From an uncultured archaeon (GTDB taxonomy: Archaea; Iainarchaeota; Iainarchaeia; Iainarchaeales; DTGL01): a DNA stretch of 32,860 nt. Numbering within the stretch: position 1 is the first letter of the stretch; each line of letters starts with the position of its first letter. Below, piece after piece: positions 17,695 through 26,540 of this stretch. The stretch lies in the NCBI GenBank assembly GCA_964551725.1, contig CAZKED010000014.1, positions 1-32,860 on the forward strand. The letters run 5' to 3'. A program made the translations under genes and the position numbers. A model generated the notes under the pieces. That model saw only the letters and a program-made list of their open reading frames with translations, was not told where the DNA came from and did no database searches.

Positions 17695-18966
17695 TTAGTG
17701 CCTTGCCTGGTCGAAGTCTATCGCGTACACTCTCGGCTTGCCTTCGTGCATTTCAACTACAAAATTGCCTGCGTGAATATGGCCGTGGCTTATTCCAAGC
17801 TGTATCAGCCCTTCCTCTATTCTCCTCGCGAGCCGTGCTGCCCTCGCTTTAGCATTATAGCCTGCCTTAGGGTCCCTCATGAAATCGGCAAGTGACATTC
17901 CAAGAACACGGTGCCTGACGGAATAATGCCCTTTTCCTGTAAGCCCTATGAGGTATTGGCCTTTTTTGCCTTTGATTATCGGCTCAATGGGAACATAATC
18001 GAAAACCTTTTTGCCCTCGAATTCAAAGCCGAGCCAGAAATCCTCTGCCTCAAACGCCTTGACCCATGCCTCCTTTGCCTGTCCTTCAATAATCCTGATC
18101 GCTTCCGCTCCCGCTTTTTCTCCGCCCAATAAAATAATTTCCGAGCCGGTTTTGTCAAACACTGCATTGGGCACTCTGTCGCTTTCGAAAAATTTGCTGT
18201 CTTTTATTCCGGCGTAAAGCGTGTGGTGCCTTATGTCGTCGGAAAGAATGTGCAATGCGCTTCTGACTTCCCGCCGAACTTCGGGGTCCGGGTCGTTTCT
18301 GTGCCTTTCAAGGTCGGAAATTACCTCTATTGCCTGGTCCCTTACAATCAATCTTGCCGCATGGACTCTGATTTTCGGGTCGGAATCGTCAAGCATTCTT
18401 TTGGAAAAGCCTACTGACATTTCCCTGTCAATTGCGTCAAGGCAGAAAAGGGCTTCCCGCCTCACTCCCGCATCCGGGTCCCTTGTCATTCTTCCAATCC
18501 TGGAAAAAAAATTTTCCTTTTTCCTCTGGTCCATTTTCCTCGGCCACGCCCCGCTGTCATAATGGCTTCTCAACTCGAAAATTGCCTCTCTCCTAACAAT
18601 CGGCTCGGGGTCCTCCAGCGCGTGCTCCAAAAAGAAAACCCAGCCGGGGTTGCCGTACTCCGATACGCCTTTTATCGCGTGAAACCTTTCGGTTTTGTCG
18701 CCGCGCGAAAGCGCAATCGCCCGCTTTCTTTCCTCAGCAGACATCCTGTTAATCAGGCGGATTGTTTGGGGTCTGCGGAAAAACAGTCCGCGTTTCCCTT
18801 TGGGGAACCGGGGCGGGTTCCTTAACGCAAGACCCGGCTTTGCCGCCACCCTGAGGACAGCGCCCTTGGCTTTCCAGTAGGCTTTTGCAGTTGTCCCGAT
18901 TGCCAGCCAGTAGGCCCTCCTTATCCCGCTCGGTTTCTCTCGGGCGGAATTTTTTATCCTCGCCAT
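17695..18966 (-). CDS. HEAT-repeat protein with C-terminal kinase-like domain
   Basis: Four HEAT_PBS-like units (DPEPIVRREA, DPDAGVRREA, DSDPKIRVHA, DPDPEVRREV); C-terminal HGHIHAGNF and IDFDQA. Confidence 0.8.
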   Translation of the reverse strand: MARIKNSAREKPSGIRRAYWLAIGTTAKAYWKAKGAVLRVAAKPGLALRNPPRFPKGKRGLFFRRPQTIRLINRMSAEERKRAIALSRGDKTERFHAIKGVSEYGNPGWVFFLEHALEDPEPIVRREAIFELRSHYDSGAWPRKMDQRKKENFFSRIGRMTRDPDAGVRREALFCLDAIDREMSVGFSKRMLDDSDPKIRVHAARLIVRDQAIEVISDLERHRNDPDPEVRREVRSALHILSDDIRHHTLYAGIKDSKFFESDRVPNAVFDKTGSEIILLGGEKAGAEAIRIIEGQAKEAWVKAFEAEDFWLGFEFEGKKVFDYVPIEPIIKGKKGQYLIGLTGKGHYSVRHRVLGMSLADFMRDPKAGYNAKARAARLARRIEEGLIQLGISHGHIHAGNFVVEMHEGKPRVYAIDFDQARH

Positions 18967-19021
18967 TAAATAATTCTCCTGAGTGCAGTATTTAAGAATT
19001 TGGGAAACGGGAAAAAAAGGT

Positions 19022-20347
19022 TCAGGTCTGCCGGGCTGATTTTTTACTTTCCGCCTTGATTCTTGTGAGAACTTTCTGGATTGTTCCCTCGTTGACTGCT
19101 GTTCCCCTCCCTGTTTTTTTCGTGCAGATCCGTCTCAGCATGGGTGCAATCCTCTTTGAGCCGGTGCCCTCCGCTTCCCTGCGCTCTATGTATTCGCGCA
19201 TTATGTTCGGAACGCCCTGCGGCGGTCTCGCGTTGAATGCGGCATTCACCAGCCTCACATAGCGTTCGGTGAAGCCCAGCAGCCCTGCTATCTGCGGAAA
19301 GGAGCGCGTGGACCAGTCGAGTTCCGCAAGAATTGCCCTGACCTGCTTCCGCAGTTTTTCAGCTTCCACCGGCTGCTTGGAAAGCGAGATGCCCTCATAC
19401 CCCAGCATTCTGGCGAAGCCCTCGCTGAATTCCCTTCGTTCCCTGGGATTGGGAATTTCCCCCCTTCTTTCAAGTGCCTCCCATTTCCTTATCTTCCTTG
19501 CAATCTCAATATTTGCCTCCAATTCCGCTTTGTATTTTGCCAGCGCCTGGTAGGAAACGGGTTCGCCTTCAAGCGCTTCCTCCAAAAGAATCCTCTGCTC
19601 CGCTCCGTGGAAACCGTAATTTTTCAATTTCCACATAATGCGCGCGAAGCTCTCCGGGCTCCTGCCGAGTCCGCTTCTCGGGAGCGCAGCGCGGTTCCAG
19701 GCGGCATACCTGTCCCTCAGGGTCTTCGCTGTCCTGAAACTCAAGCCGTGCTGTTTCTGCAGTTCTGGCGAAACCCTCAGTGTGTCGCGGTCGAATCTCT
19801 TGAAAACAACTCCCTGAAGCTGCGGCGAAGCCCTTGTTTGCGGCATTCCGTGCTCCGAGAGTCTGGCGGCGACAATGGAATTCACGAGCCAGACGAGCGG
19901 AAGCAGGGAAGGCGGGCTCTCAACCTTTCCTTCCAGCCCTGCCCGGCGCTCTTTTGAAATTTCCATCATGCTCTTGGAGGACTTGTAGAGGTCCCCTGAA
20001 ATTTTTGCCACCATCCTGTTCATTTCCTGGTCGGAGATTCCCTCAAGTGAACCGAGCATTTTCTCTATCCTAGTCGGGCTGAACTTCCTTGCCTCCATTT
20101 CAGGGATTTGCGAAATTTTCAGCCTTAACTCGCCGTGCCTCATGTAATTAATCAGGTTCGCGGCGTATTGAACTCGCGTCCTCCTGTTCTCCCACAAAAC
20201 CCTCCTGGCTTTCCGCATGAACTGCCGCAATGGAATGCTGTCGACAGTGGGCTCGTAGTCTATTACTGCGACTGAACCCTCTCTCTTCGCGGTATCGTGC
20301 AGGCCCTTAATTCTTCTGACTGTCGGCTTGTAGGGTTCAACAGGCAT
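19022..20347 (-). CDS. Arg-rich helical hypothetical protein with possible C-terminal HTH
   Basis: 441-aa ORF filling the interval; SFPQIAGLLGFTERYVRLV resembles an HTH; TTAAATA box 24-30 nt upstream. Confidence 0.7.
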   Translation of the reverse strand: MPVEPYKPTVRRIKGLHDTAKREGSVAVIDYEPTVDSIPLRQFMRKARRVLWENRRTRVQYAANLINYMRHGELRLKISQIPEMEARKFSPTRIEKMLGSLEGISDQEMNRMVAKISGDLYKSSKSMMEISKERRAGLEGKVESPPSLLPLVWLVNSIVAARLSEHGMPQTRASPQLQGVVFKRFDRDTLRVSPELQKQHGLSFRTAKTLRDRYAAWNRAALPRSGLGRSPESFARIMWKLKNYGFHGAEQRILLEEALEGEPVSYQALAKYKAELEANIEIARKIRKWEALERRGEIPNPRERREFSEGFARMLGYEGISLSKQPVEAEKLRKQVRAILAELDWSTRSFPQIAGLLGFTERYVRLVNAAFNARPPQGVPNIMREYIERREAEGTGSKRIAPMLRRICTKKTGRGTAVNEGTIQKVLTRIKAESKKSARQT

Positions 20348-20448
20348 GATAGAATTAATGCCTCAAGGATTATTTAATTGTTTTGCGGGAAGGCGGCAAA
20401 GCAGAAAGGAAAAAAGGGAAATTAAAAAAAAATAGTAAAAGGCGGAAT

Positions 20449-20850
20449 TCATTCCGCCATGTCTTCCTCTTCAACCTCGAACTTTTTCCTTACTTCCTTT
20501 TCCAGGAACTCGCAGTCGCTTTTTATTTTTTCCAGGTATTTGAGAATTCTGTCGCGCTCGTCCGCAATCTCCTCTAGCTTTGTGTATTTTTCCACCGCGT
20601 CTTGGAACATCGAGTAATCCGCATACGTGTAGGGATAGGAATTCATTTCCTGCGAGATTTTTTCCACCATGTGACCGAGCCACTTGTTCATTTCCACTTT
20701 CACCCTGCCCTTGATCTGCTTTCCGGGGTCCAAATACTGCCTGATCATATTGGTAACTGTAGCGCGGGGGAACGGGAGCTTTTCCTTCTCCAGGTCCGCG
20801 ACCTTCTCCTTCTTGCCCTTTACTTCGGGCTTTTTCTTCACTTTAGCCAT
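20449..20850 (-). CDS. Histone-fold protein with Lys-rich N-tail and C-terminal coiled coil
   Basis: LPFPRATVTNMIR (histone alpha1), QIKGRVK..MNKWL..MVEKIS (L1/alpha2), long heptad C-terminal helix; GAGGTGA SD. Confidence 0.72.
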   Translation of the reverse strand: MAKVKKKPEVKGKKEKVADLEKEKLPFPRATVTNMIRQYLDPGKQIKGRVKVEMNKWLGHMVEKISQEMNSYPYTYADYSMFQDAVEKYTKLEEIADERDRILKYLEKIKSDCEFLEKEVRKKFEVEEEDMAE

Positions 20851-20976
20851 GCGTTCACCTCAAAAAATTGCCCTTAAGCGTTAAAATTTCGCTATAAAAT
20901 TGTAAAAGAATCAAAATTTAAACCCTTGCATACCCATAAAATTAAAGGTTTTCCCTTCCCCGTGGGGCGGTTTTTT

Positions 20977-21618
20977 GTGAAAAAAGGCGTTATTTTTGAC
21001 TTTGACGGCGTTTTGGCACAGACAAACAGGATTCACCTGCGCTCGGAGCAGGGGGTTTTCCGCAGCCTCGGGCTCGAGATTTCCTACGGCCAGCTCTCCC
21101 AATACTTCGGCATGGGCGTTGAACATTTTATAAAAGCAGTGCTCAGGGAGCACGACCTCAAGGCAAACGCAAAAGAACTCGTCAGGGAAAAATACAGTAT
21201 AATGCGCGGAATAATCGAGCGCGAAGGCCTCAGCGAGGTTCCGAATGCCTTCGGGCTCGCGGAAAAATGCAGGAGTTCCGGCTTCAAAGTCGGAGTAGCG
21301 TCCGGCTCGAGCGAAGAATTCATAAAGTACTGCCTCGAAAAACTCGGAAGGAAAACGGATTTTGACGCCTTGGTCGGGGAAGAAAGCGTTAAGAAGGGAA
21401 AGCCCGCCCCTGAAATCTTCCTCCGCGTGGCGGAAATTCTCGGAGTGAAACCGCAGAACTGCACTGTGATAGAGGATTCGGGGAACGGCGTGAAAGCCGC
21501 AAAAAAAGCGGGAATGAAATGCATTGCCCTGCGCAATTCGGAAAGCGGACCGCAGGACTTGGGCAAAGCGGACAGGGTTGTGAATTCCCTGCGGGAAATA
21601 AAAATCAGCGAGCTCTGA
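20977..21618 (+). CDS. HAD-superfamily phosphatase (beta-PGM/CbbY-like)
   Basis: IFDFDGVL, VASGS, KGKPAPEIFL, VIEDSGNGVKAAKKAGM. Start taken as GTG 20977. Confidence 0.93.
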   Translation: MKKGVIFDFDGVLAQTNRIHLRSEQGVFRSLGLEISYGQLSQYFGMGVEHFIKAVLREHDLKANAKELVREKYSIMRGIIEREGLSEVPNAFGLAEKCRSSGFKVGVASGSSEEFIKYCLEKLGRKTDFDALVGEESVKKGKPAPEIFLRVAEILGVKPQNCTVIEDSGNGVKAAKKAGMKCIALRNSESGPQDLGKADRVVNSLREIKISEL

Positions 21619-21630
21619 ATTTCTGCACCT

Positions 21631-24006
21631 TCACGCGCTCTTTTCCTTCTTTTTCCTTTCCTTCTTTCTTTTCTTCTTTGCTTTTTTTGCCTCTTTCTTT
21701 CTCCTCTTTTTTTCCTTTTTGCGCTTTTTCTTTTCCTTCTTTTTGAACTTCTTTTCCTCTTTTTTCCTTTCCTCCTCGGCACGCTTTTTTGCGATTGCCC
21801 TTTCCGCCGCTTTCCTCAGCATTCTCTCCTTTTCCCTTTCCTCCGCTTCTCTTTTGAGCTTCTCCGCCTGCAGGCGCTTTTTTCTGAGTTCCGCCCTGTG
21901 CTTTTCCAGTTCCGCGATTTCCCTTTCCGCCTTTTTTATGAGTTCTTCCCTCGACTTTTCACCGCGCTTTATTTCCTCCTCGCTTTCCTCCGCTTCCTTC
22001 AGTTTTTTCCTCAGTTCCTCCATTACCTCTTTTGCTTTCTTTTCCCTGTGCTTTTTCTCAGCCACCTTCACCCTTTCCGAACCCGGTTTTTTGCCGAATG
22101 TGAGCATTTCGGCTGCCCTGTCCACGACTTCCCCAGCAAACCCTTTTTCTTCAAGGATTTCCCTCATTTCATCCTTTCCCTTTTTCTTGGAAACCGGCTT
22201 GAGCATTCCCAGCGCCTGCTTCAAATCGGAGTGATAGCGCTTGTGCTCCTTGAATTCCTTTTTTGAACGGAATTCCTTTCCGCATTCCTCGCATACGAAT
22301 TCCCCTTCGTCCGCGGACGGCTTCCATTTGACAAAGTATTCCTCTCCGGGGGGCTTTTTTGAAGGAACCGCCTTAGCAGGTTTCCCTGCCGCCGCCAGCT
22401 TTCCAATGCTAATCCCTGTCAGCATTTTCCCGAGCCTGCCGACGCGCCACAGAAAGCAGAATGCCGCGGCAATTCCCGCAACAACTGCAACAGCAACCAA
22501 AACTAACACGAAGGAATAGTCGGGTTTTTCCGCAACATTGAAATCAAAGCTTTCTAATTCGCCGAATTCTCCGTAAAAAAATCTTATAGAATGCCGCCCG
22601 GCTTCCTCCGGGAGAAACCATCCCGGAAACTCCGTTTCCGCTTCCCTTCCGTCGGGAAAGGAAACAACGAATGAAACGTTTTTTTGTTCCGGTTCAACAT
22701 CAAGGAAAACCGCCTGACCCGCGTAAACCGATTCAACCCCCGAACTGCATTCCTCGTCGGCGCATAAAACAATCTCAAAGAACCTCGGCACTTTTTCCTC
22801 CAGGACACTGAATGAGAATTCCTGCACGGAGGAAATTCCACCCACGTTGAGGCAAGTAATTCGCGCCCTGTAGTTTCCTGCACCAAGCGGGCTCAGTTCC
22901 ACCTGTGCTGTTTCATCCGCTCTGTCGAAATAGCCGTCCTCTGCGTACATTGGATAGAATTTTTCATCAAAATAAAAAGTGCAGTTTTCCACCGGTCCCT
23001 TTGCGCTCGAAACTGGAACGCCGAGATAGAATCCGGCATTCTCCCTTGGGTTCTCGGGCTCGAATTCCGCAGGGGAAAAACCGATTGTGCCCGGCTCTTC
23101 CCTGAAGCAGTAACTTCCGTCAAAGCACAAATGCTTCAGCGGGCAGCCGCATTCCGTGCAGTTGTGCTTGAGTATTCCTCCTGCACAATACTTGGGCTTC
23201 GACTTCGAGCATTCCCCGAGCGGAGTACCGTCCTCGCAGAAGCCGCCCGGGCTCGGACCCGGGCTGGGAGAAGCACCCGGCGAAGGACTTGGGCTCGGTG
23301 ATGGCGGCGGAGAGGGGCTAGGCAGCGGTGAAGCACCGGGGGAAACCCGGGGCGAAGGGCTCGGGGTGGGAGAAGGGCTTGGTGATAGACTCGGGCTTGG
23401 ACTCGGCGAGGGTGTTGGGGAGGGCGAAGGACTCGGGGCAGGCGGCTGGCCCGTAGTGACAAAAATCATTTCCTCGCCGTAGGCTGTTCCCGCAGAATTC
23501 CGCGCGGCAGCGCGGAAATGGTATTCTGTTCCGGGCATGAGACCTGTCGCGTTTTCGGTGAAATCCCCGCTGCCTGACTTCGTTCTCCTGGGAGTGCTCT
23601 GCCCGTAAGCAGAAGTCAAACCGTACTCGAACCATGCCTCGCAGGGCTCTCCGCCCGTGCTTGCAATGTAGCCCTGTATCAGCGCCCTGTCTTCCTGTAT
23701 TGTTACGGCGTTCATTGTGAACACGGATGGCAGGACTATTTCCTCCGGGGAAAAATCAATAGGAAGACAGACGTCAATCATGGGAGGAAAACCGAAATAC
23801 GCGCCGGTGTCGTCCCTGCACAGCAGTCCCGCCTCGCACTCGGAATTGAAATCGCAGTCTCCTTCCCCGCGAGCGCACTTGCATTCCTCAGAGCAGTATC
23901 CCAGCGTTCCGTTCTGCCCCACGTGGCAGCCGTTTGCAGCCACCGCGGGGAGAAGGAAAAGAAAAAAAGCGGAAAGCGCGATTGGAAAACACCATTTCCC
24001 GGGCAT
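21631..24006 (-). CDS. Single-pass cell-surface protein: Cys-rich/FN3-like/Ser-Pro linker ectodomain, cytoplasmic C2H2 zinc finger, coiled coil and Lys-rich tail
   Basis: Signal peptide; GEGDCD..SEC module; FEYG.T..YG...[17 protein letters not shown]3-like domain; (SP)n; [24 protein letters not shown]; [23 protein letters not shown]. Confidence 0.85.
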   Translation of the reverse strand: MPGKWCFPIALSAFFLFLLPAVAANGCHVGQNGTLGYCSEECKCARGEGDCDFNSECEAGLLCRDDTGAYFGFPPMIDVCLPIDFSPEEIVLPSVFTMNAVTIQEDRALIQGYIASTGGEPCEAWFEYGLTSAYGQSTPRRTKSGSGDFTENATGLMPGTEYHFRAAARNSAGTAYGEEMIFVTTGQPPAPSPSPSPTPSPSPSPSLSPSPSPTPSPSPRVSPGASPLPSPSPPPSPSPSPSPGASPSPGPSPGGFCEDGTPLGECSKSKPKYCAGGILKHNCTECGCPLKHLCFDGSYCFREEPGTIGFSPAEFEPENPRENAGFYLGVPVSSAKGPVENCTFYFDEKFYPMYAEDGYFDRADETAQVELSPLGAGNYRARITCLNVGGISSVQEFSFSVLEEKVPRFFEIVLCADEECSSGVESVYAGQAVFLDVEPEQKNVSFVVSFPDGREAETEFPGWFLPEEAGRHSIRFFYGEFGELESFDFNVAEKPDYSFVLVLVAVAVVAGIAAAFCFLWRVGRLGKMLTGISIGKLAAAGKPAKAVPSKKPPGEEYFVKWKPSADEGEFVCEECGKEFRSKKEFKEHKRYHSDLKQALGMLKPVSKKKGKDEMREILEEKGFAGEVVDRAAEMLTFGKKPGSERVKVAEKKHREKKAKEVMEELRKKLKEAEESEEEIKRGEKSREELIKKAEREIAELEKHRAELRKKRLQAEKLKREAEEREKERMLRKAAERAIAKKRAEEERKKEEKKFKKKEKKKRKKEKKRRKKEAKKAKKKRKKERKKKEKSA
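23250..23445 (-). repeat. Coding Ser/Thr-Pro dipeptide repeat (degenerate hexanucleotide repeat)
   Basis: [25 protein letters not shown]...PGPSPG in the translation. Confidence 0.85.
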
Positions 24007-24096
24007 ACGCTCTAATAGTAGTTCAATGTATTTTAAATAGTTTTTCGTGCATCGGCTCCTGTTCAGGAAAAAAGAAAAAGGAGGGCTTTCCAGCCC

Positions 24097-25392
24097 TCAG
24101 ATGAAGTTCTTGTATGCGGTCATGTCAAGGAGGCCGTGGCCGCTGAAATTGAAGAGGATTGTTCTCTCTTCCCCTGAACGCTTTGCTTCAAGCGCGGAAT
24201 CGATTGCTGCACATACAGCATGGCTTGTTTCAGGCGCCGGCACAATGCCCTCCACTTTGGTGAACATTTTCCCTGCTTCGAACACCTCCTTTTCATTTTT
24301 TGTTATCGGCTCCACGAAACCGTGCTTTACGAGCACGCTGAGCGTTGGAGCCAGACCGTGGTAGCGCAGCCCTCCGGCATAAATCGGCGCGGGCTTGAAC
24401 TCGTGCCCCAAGGTGTACATTTTCAGCAGGGGCGTGAGTCCGGCTGTATCCCCGAAGTCGTAGCGGTACTCGCCTTTTGTCATTGTCGGCACGGTTTCAG
24501 GCTCGACCGCAATGAACCTGCATTCGCTTTTTCCCCCGAGCCTGTCCCTCAAAAAAGGGTAAGCCAGTCCTGCGAAATTGCTGCCCCCGCCCACACAGCC
24601 TATTATTTCGCTTGGAGTTTCTCCGAGGAAATCGAACTGCTTTTTCGCCTCCAGACCGATTACGGTCTGGTGCAACAGCACGTGGTTGAGCACCGAGCCG
24701 AGCGTGTACTTTGTGTTCTCCTGTTCTATCGCACGCTCAACCGCTTCGCTTATCGCTATCCCCAGCGAGCCGGTGCAGTGCGGCTGCTCCCTGCGTATTT
24801 TCCTCCCGCTTTTAGTGCGAGTGCTCGGCGAGCTGTAGCATTCCGCCCCGAACAATTCCATCAGGGTGCGCCTTGAAGGCTTCTGTTCGTAGGACAATGC
24901 GACCATGTAGATTTCCGCCTGCATTTCGTTGAAAGCGCACGCCATTGCAACCGCGCTTCCCCATTGCCCTGCTCCTGTTTCCGTTGTATATTTCTCGATG
25001 CCTTCCTTGGCTGCATAGTACGCCTGCGCTATTGCCGTGTTGGGCTTGTGCGACCCCATTGGAGAAAGGTCTTCGCGCTTGAAGTAGATTTTTATTCCCT
25101 CGGGGAGCCCGAGAGCTTTCTCCAGATGCAGTGCCCTGCACAACGGGCGCGGTCTCCCTATGTGGAGCAGTTGCTCCCTTAACCCTTCGGGGATCGGAAT
25201 TCTTCTCCGTTCAGACACCTCCTGTTTTATCAGTTCCTTTGGGAACAATGCCTCGAGCGCTTCTTTGGGCAACGGCTCGTTGTTCGCCGGGTTCAACGGC
25301 GGGGCAATCCTTTCAGGCAGGTCCGGAAGTATGTTGTAGTATTTTTTAGGCAGCTGCTCTGCTTTCAAATCGACCCTGCCAAAGGCGGTCAC
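24097..25392 (-). CDS. trpB2: Tryptophan synthase beta chain, TrpB2 type
   Basis: [19 protein letters not shown] (PLP Lys), [42 protein letters not shown]. Start is uncertain (see findings). Confidence 0.96.
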   Translation of the reverse strand: MTAFGRVDLKAEQLPKKYYNILPDLPERIAPPLNPANNEPLPKEALEALFPKELIKQEVSERRRIPIPEGLREQLLHIGRPRPLCRALHLEKALGLPEGIKIYFKREDLSPMGSHKPNTAIAQAYYAAKEGIEKYTTETGAGQWGSAVAMACAFNEMQAEIYMVALSYEQKPSRRTLMELFGAECYSSPSTRTKSGRKIRREQPHCTGSLGIAISEAVERAIEQENTKYTLGSVLNHVLLHQTVIGLEAKKQFDFLGETPSEIIGCVGGGSNFAGLAYPFLRDRLGGKSECRFIAVEPETVPTMTKGEYRYDFGDTAGLTPLLKMYTLGHEFKPAPIYAGGLRYHGLAPTLSVLVKHGFVEPITKNEKEVFEAGKMFTKVEGIVPAPETSHAVCAAIDSALEAKRSGEERTILFNFSGHGLLDMTAYKNFI

Positions 25393-25470
25393 CCCTCTTG
25401 CTTTTTTTCGTTTTTTCTTTTTTCATTCTCATTTTTCTTCACCTCTTTTCGTTTTCTTTTTGGCAACGTA

Positions 25471-25495
25471 CCTTTTTCTTTCCTAAAGAAAAAGG
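25471..25495 (-). terminator. Perfect 11-bp hairpin immediately 3' of tRNA-Trp
   Basis: CCTTTTTCTTT-AGG-AAAGAAAAAGG on the - strand; homologous to 12556-12584. Confidence 0.55.
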
Positions 25496-25499
25496 CCGA

Positions 25500-25572
25500 T
25501 GGGGTCACCGGGATTTGAACCCGGGCTCCCCGGTCTGGAGCCGGGCGCACTGCCTGGCTATGCTATGACCCC
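25500..25572 (-). tRNA. tRNA-Trp(CCA), intronless
   Basis: Acceptor stem GGGGTCA/TGACCCC, discriminator A; anticodon arm CCCGG-CT CCA GA-CCGGG; T loop GTTCAAATC. Confidence 0.93.
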
Positions 25573-25751
25573 GCGTTAACTCAATCAGTGGAAGCGCCAG
25601 AGCCACAGCCAGCAGTGAACAGCAAGGAAACTCTCGGGAACAAAGGCATGGCTGTTAATTAAAAAATCAGCGGAATGCGAGCCAAAGTGAATCGCCTTTG
25701 TTCATAAAACCATCAAATAAAACTCTAATAAAAATTACCCAGAGAGAATAT

Positions 25752-26540
25752 TTAAACCTTTGCCTTTTTTCCCGTTTTTTCGTGCCAGACTTTCCCGAAC
25801 TCCCTGAACTTGTTCAGTTGCTCTCTGCTGAAGACCGGGCCGTCAACGCAGCACAACTTGTCGTCCAGGGCGCAGTGGCCGCAGATGCCTATGCCGCATT
25901 TCATGTAGCGCTCCACCGCAAACTGTGCCTGAACATTGTGCTTGTTGCATAACCGCAGCACTGCCTTCATCATTCCCTCGGGACCGCAGCAGTAGAGCAT
26001 GTCGTACTTTTTTTTTGCGAGAAGGTTTTCCAGGAGCTGTGTGCAGTAGCCTTTTATTCCGCAGCTTCCGTCATCGGTTGCAATGTGCATTTTTGAAATT
26101 TTTTCCAAGCGCTTTTTGAAGAGGATTTCCTCACTACACTTGAAGCCGCACGCAAAGTCGACTTGCGAGCCGGCTGCATGAAGCCATTCCGCGAGCCTTA
26201 TGAGCGCGGCAATGCCGATTCCGCCGGAAACAATGCACGCCTTTTTCACGTTCCCGAAAGAGAAGCCTTTGCCATATGGCCCGCGAACACCTAAAAGGTC
26301 GCCTTTCTTCAGGGAGAAAAGTTTTTCAGTGAACTCGCCGTATTTTTTGACCGTTATTGCTATTCCTTTCTTCGTGGAGGTGACAGCGAAAGGCTTTTCG
26401 TCATAGCCCGGAATCCAGACCATCACAAACTGTCCCGGAGAAATGTCCACTTCCGCATCAATGAGGAATGTTTTCACCCCGCTGCATTCCTCTTCCGCCT
26501 TTTTGATGGGAAAAGACCTCGGATAATCATTTATGAGCAA
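25752..26540 (-). CDS. pyrK: Dihydroorotate dehydrogenase electron-transfer subunit
   Basis: PGQFVMVW, RGPYGKGF, GGIGIA, TDDGS, CGPEGMM, ERYMKCGIGICGHC...CVDGPVF. Confidence 0.95.
   Translation of the reverse strand: MLINDYPRSFPIKKAEEECSGVKTFLIDAEVDISPGQFVMVWIPGYDEKPFAVTSTKKGIAITVKKYGEFTEKLFSLKKGDLLGVRGPYGKGFSFGNVKKACIVSGGIGIAALIRLAEWLHAAGSQVDFACGFKCSEEILFKKRLEKISKMHIATDDGSCGIKGYCTQLLENLLAKKKYDMLYCCGPEGMMKAVLRLCNKHNVQAQFAVERYMKCGIGICGHCALDDKLCCVDGPVFSREQLNKFREFGKVWHEKTGKKAKV

Noticed and set aside
21084-22266. Lys/Arg-rich ORF 21084-21782 (-) and Phe/Ser-rich ORFs 21719-22266 (+)
   Set aside because: Alternative-frame or antisense readings of the purine-rich tail of the 791-aa protein and of the HAD gene.
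23136-23482. Periodic sequence that might be a CRISPR array or a Gly-rich ORF
   Set aside because: It is the in-frame Ser-Pro linker; no repeat-spacer structure and no cas genes in the window.
12591-25572. Integrated element bounded by the two tRNAs
   Set aside because: No integrase and no duplicated tRNA 3' end; the interval holds core genes (SSB, thermosome).
25582-25660. Possible small RNA or 22-aa ORF upstream of tRNA-Trp (ACAGCCA/TGGCTGT pairing, CTGA motif)
   Set aside because: Only a 7-bp long-range complement, no box C and no SD; more simply the tRNA promoter/leader.
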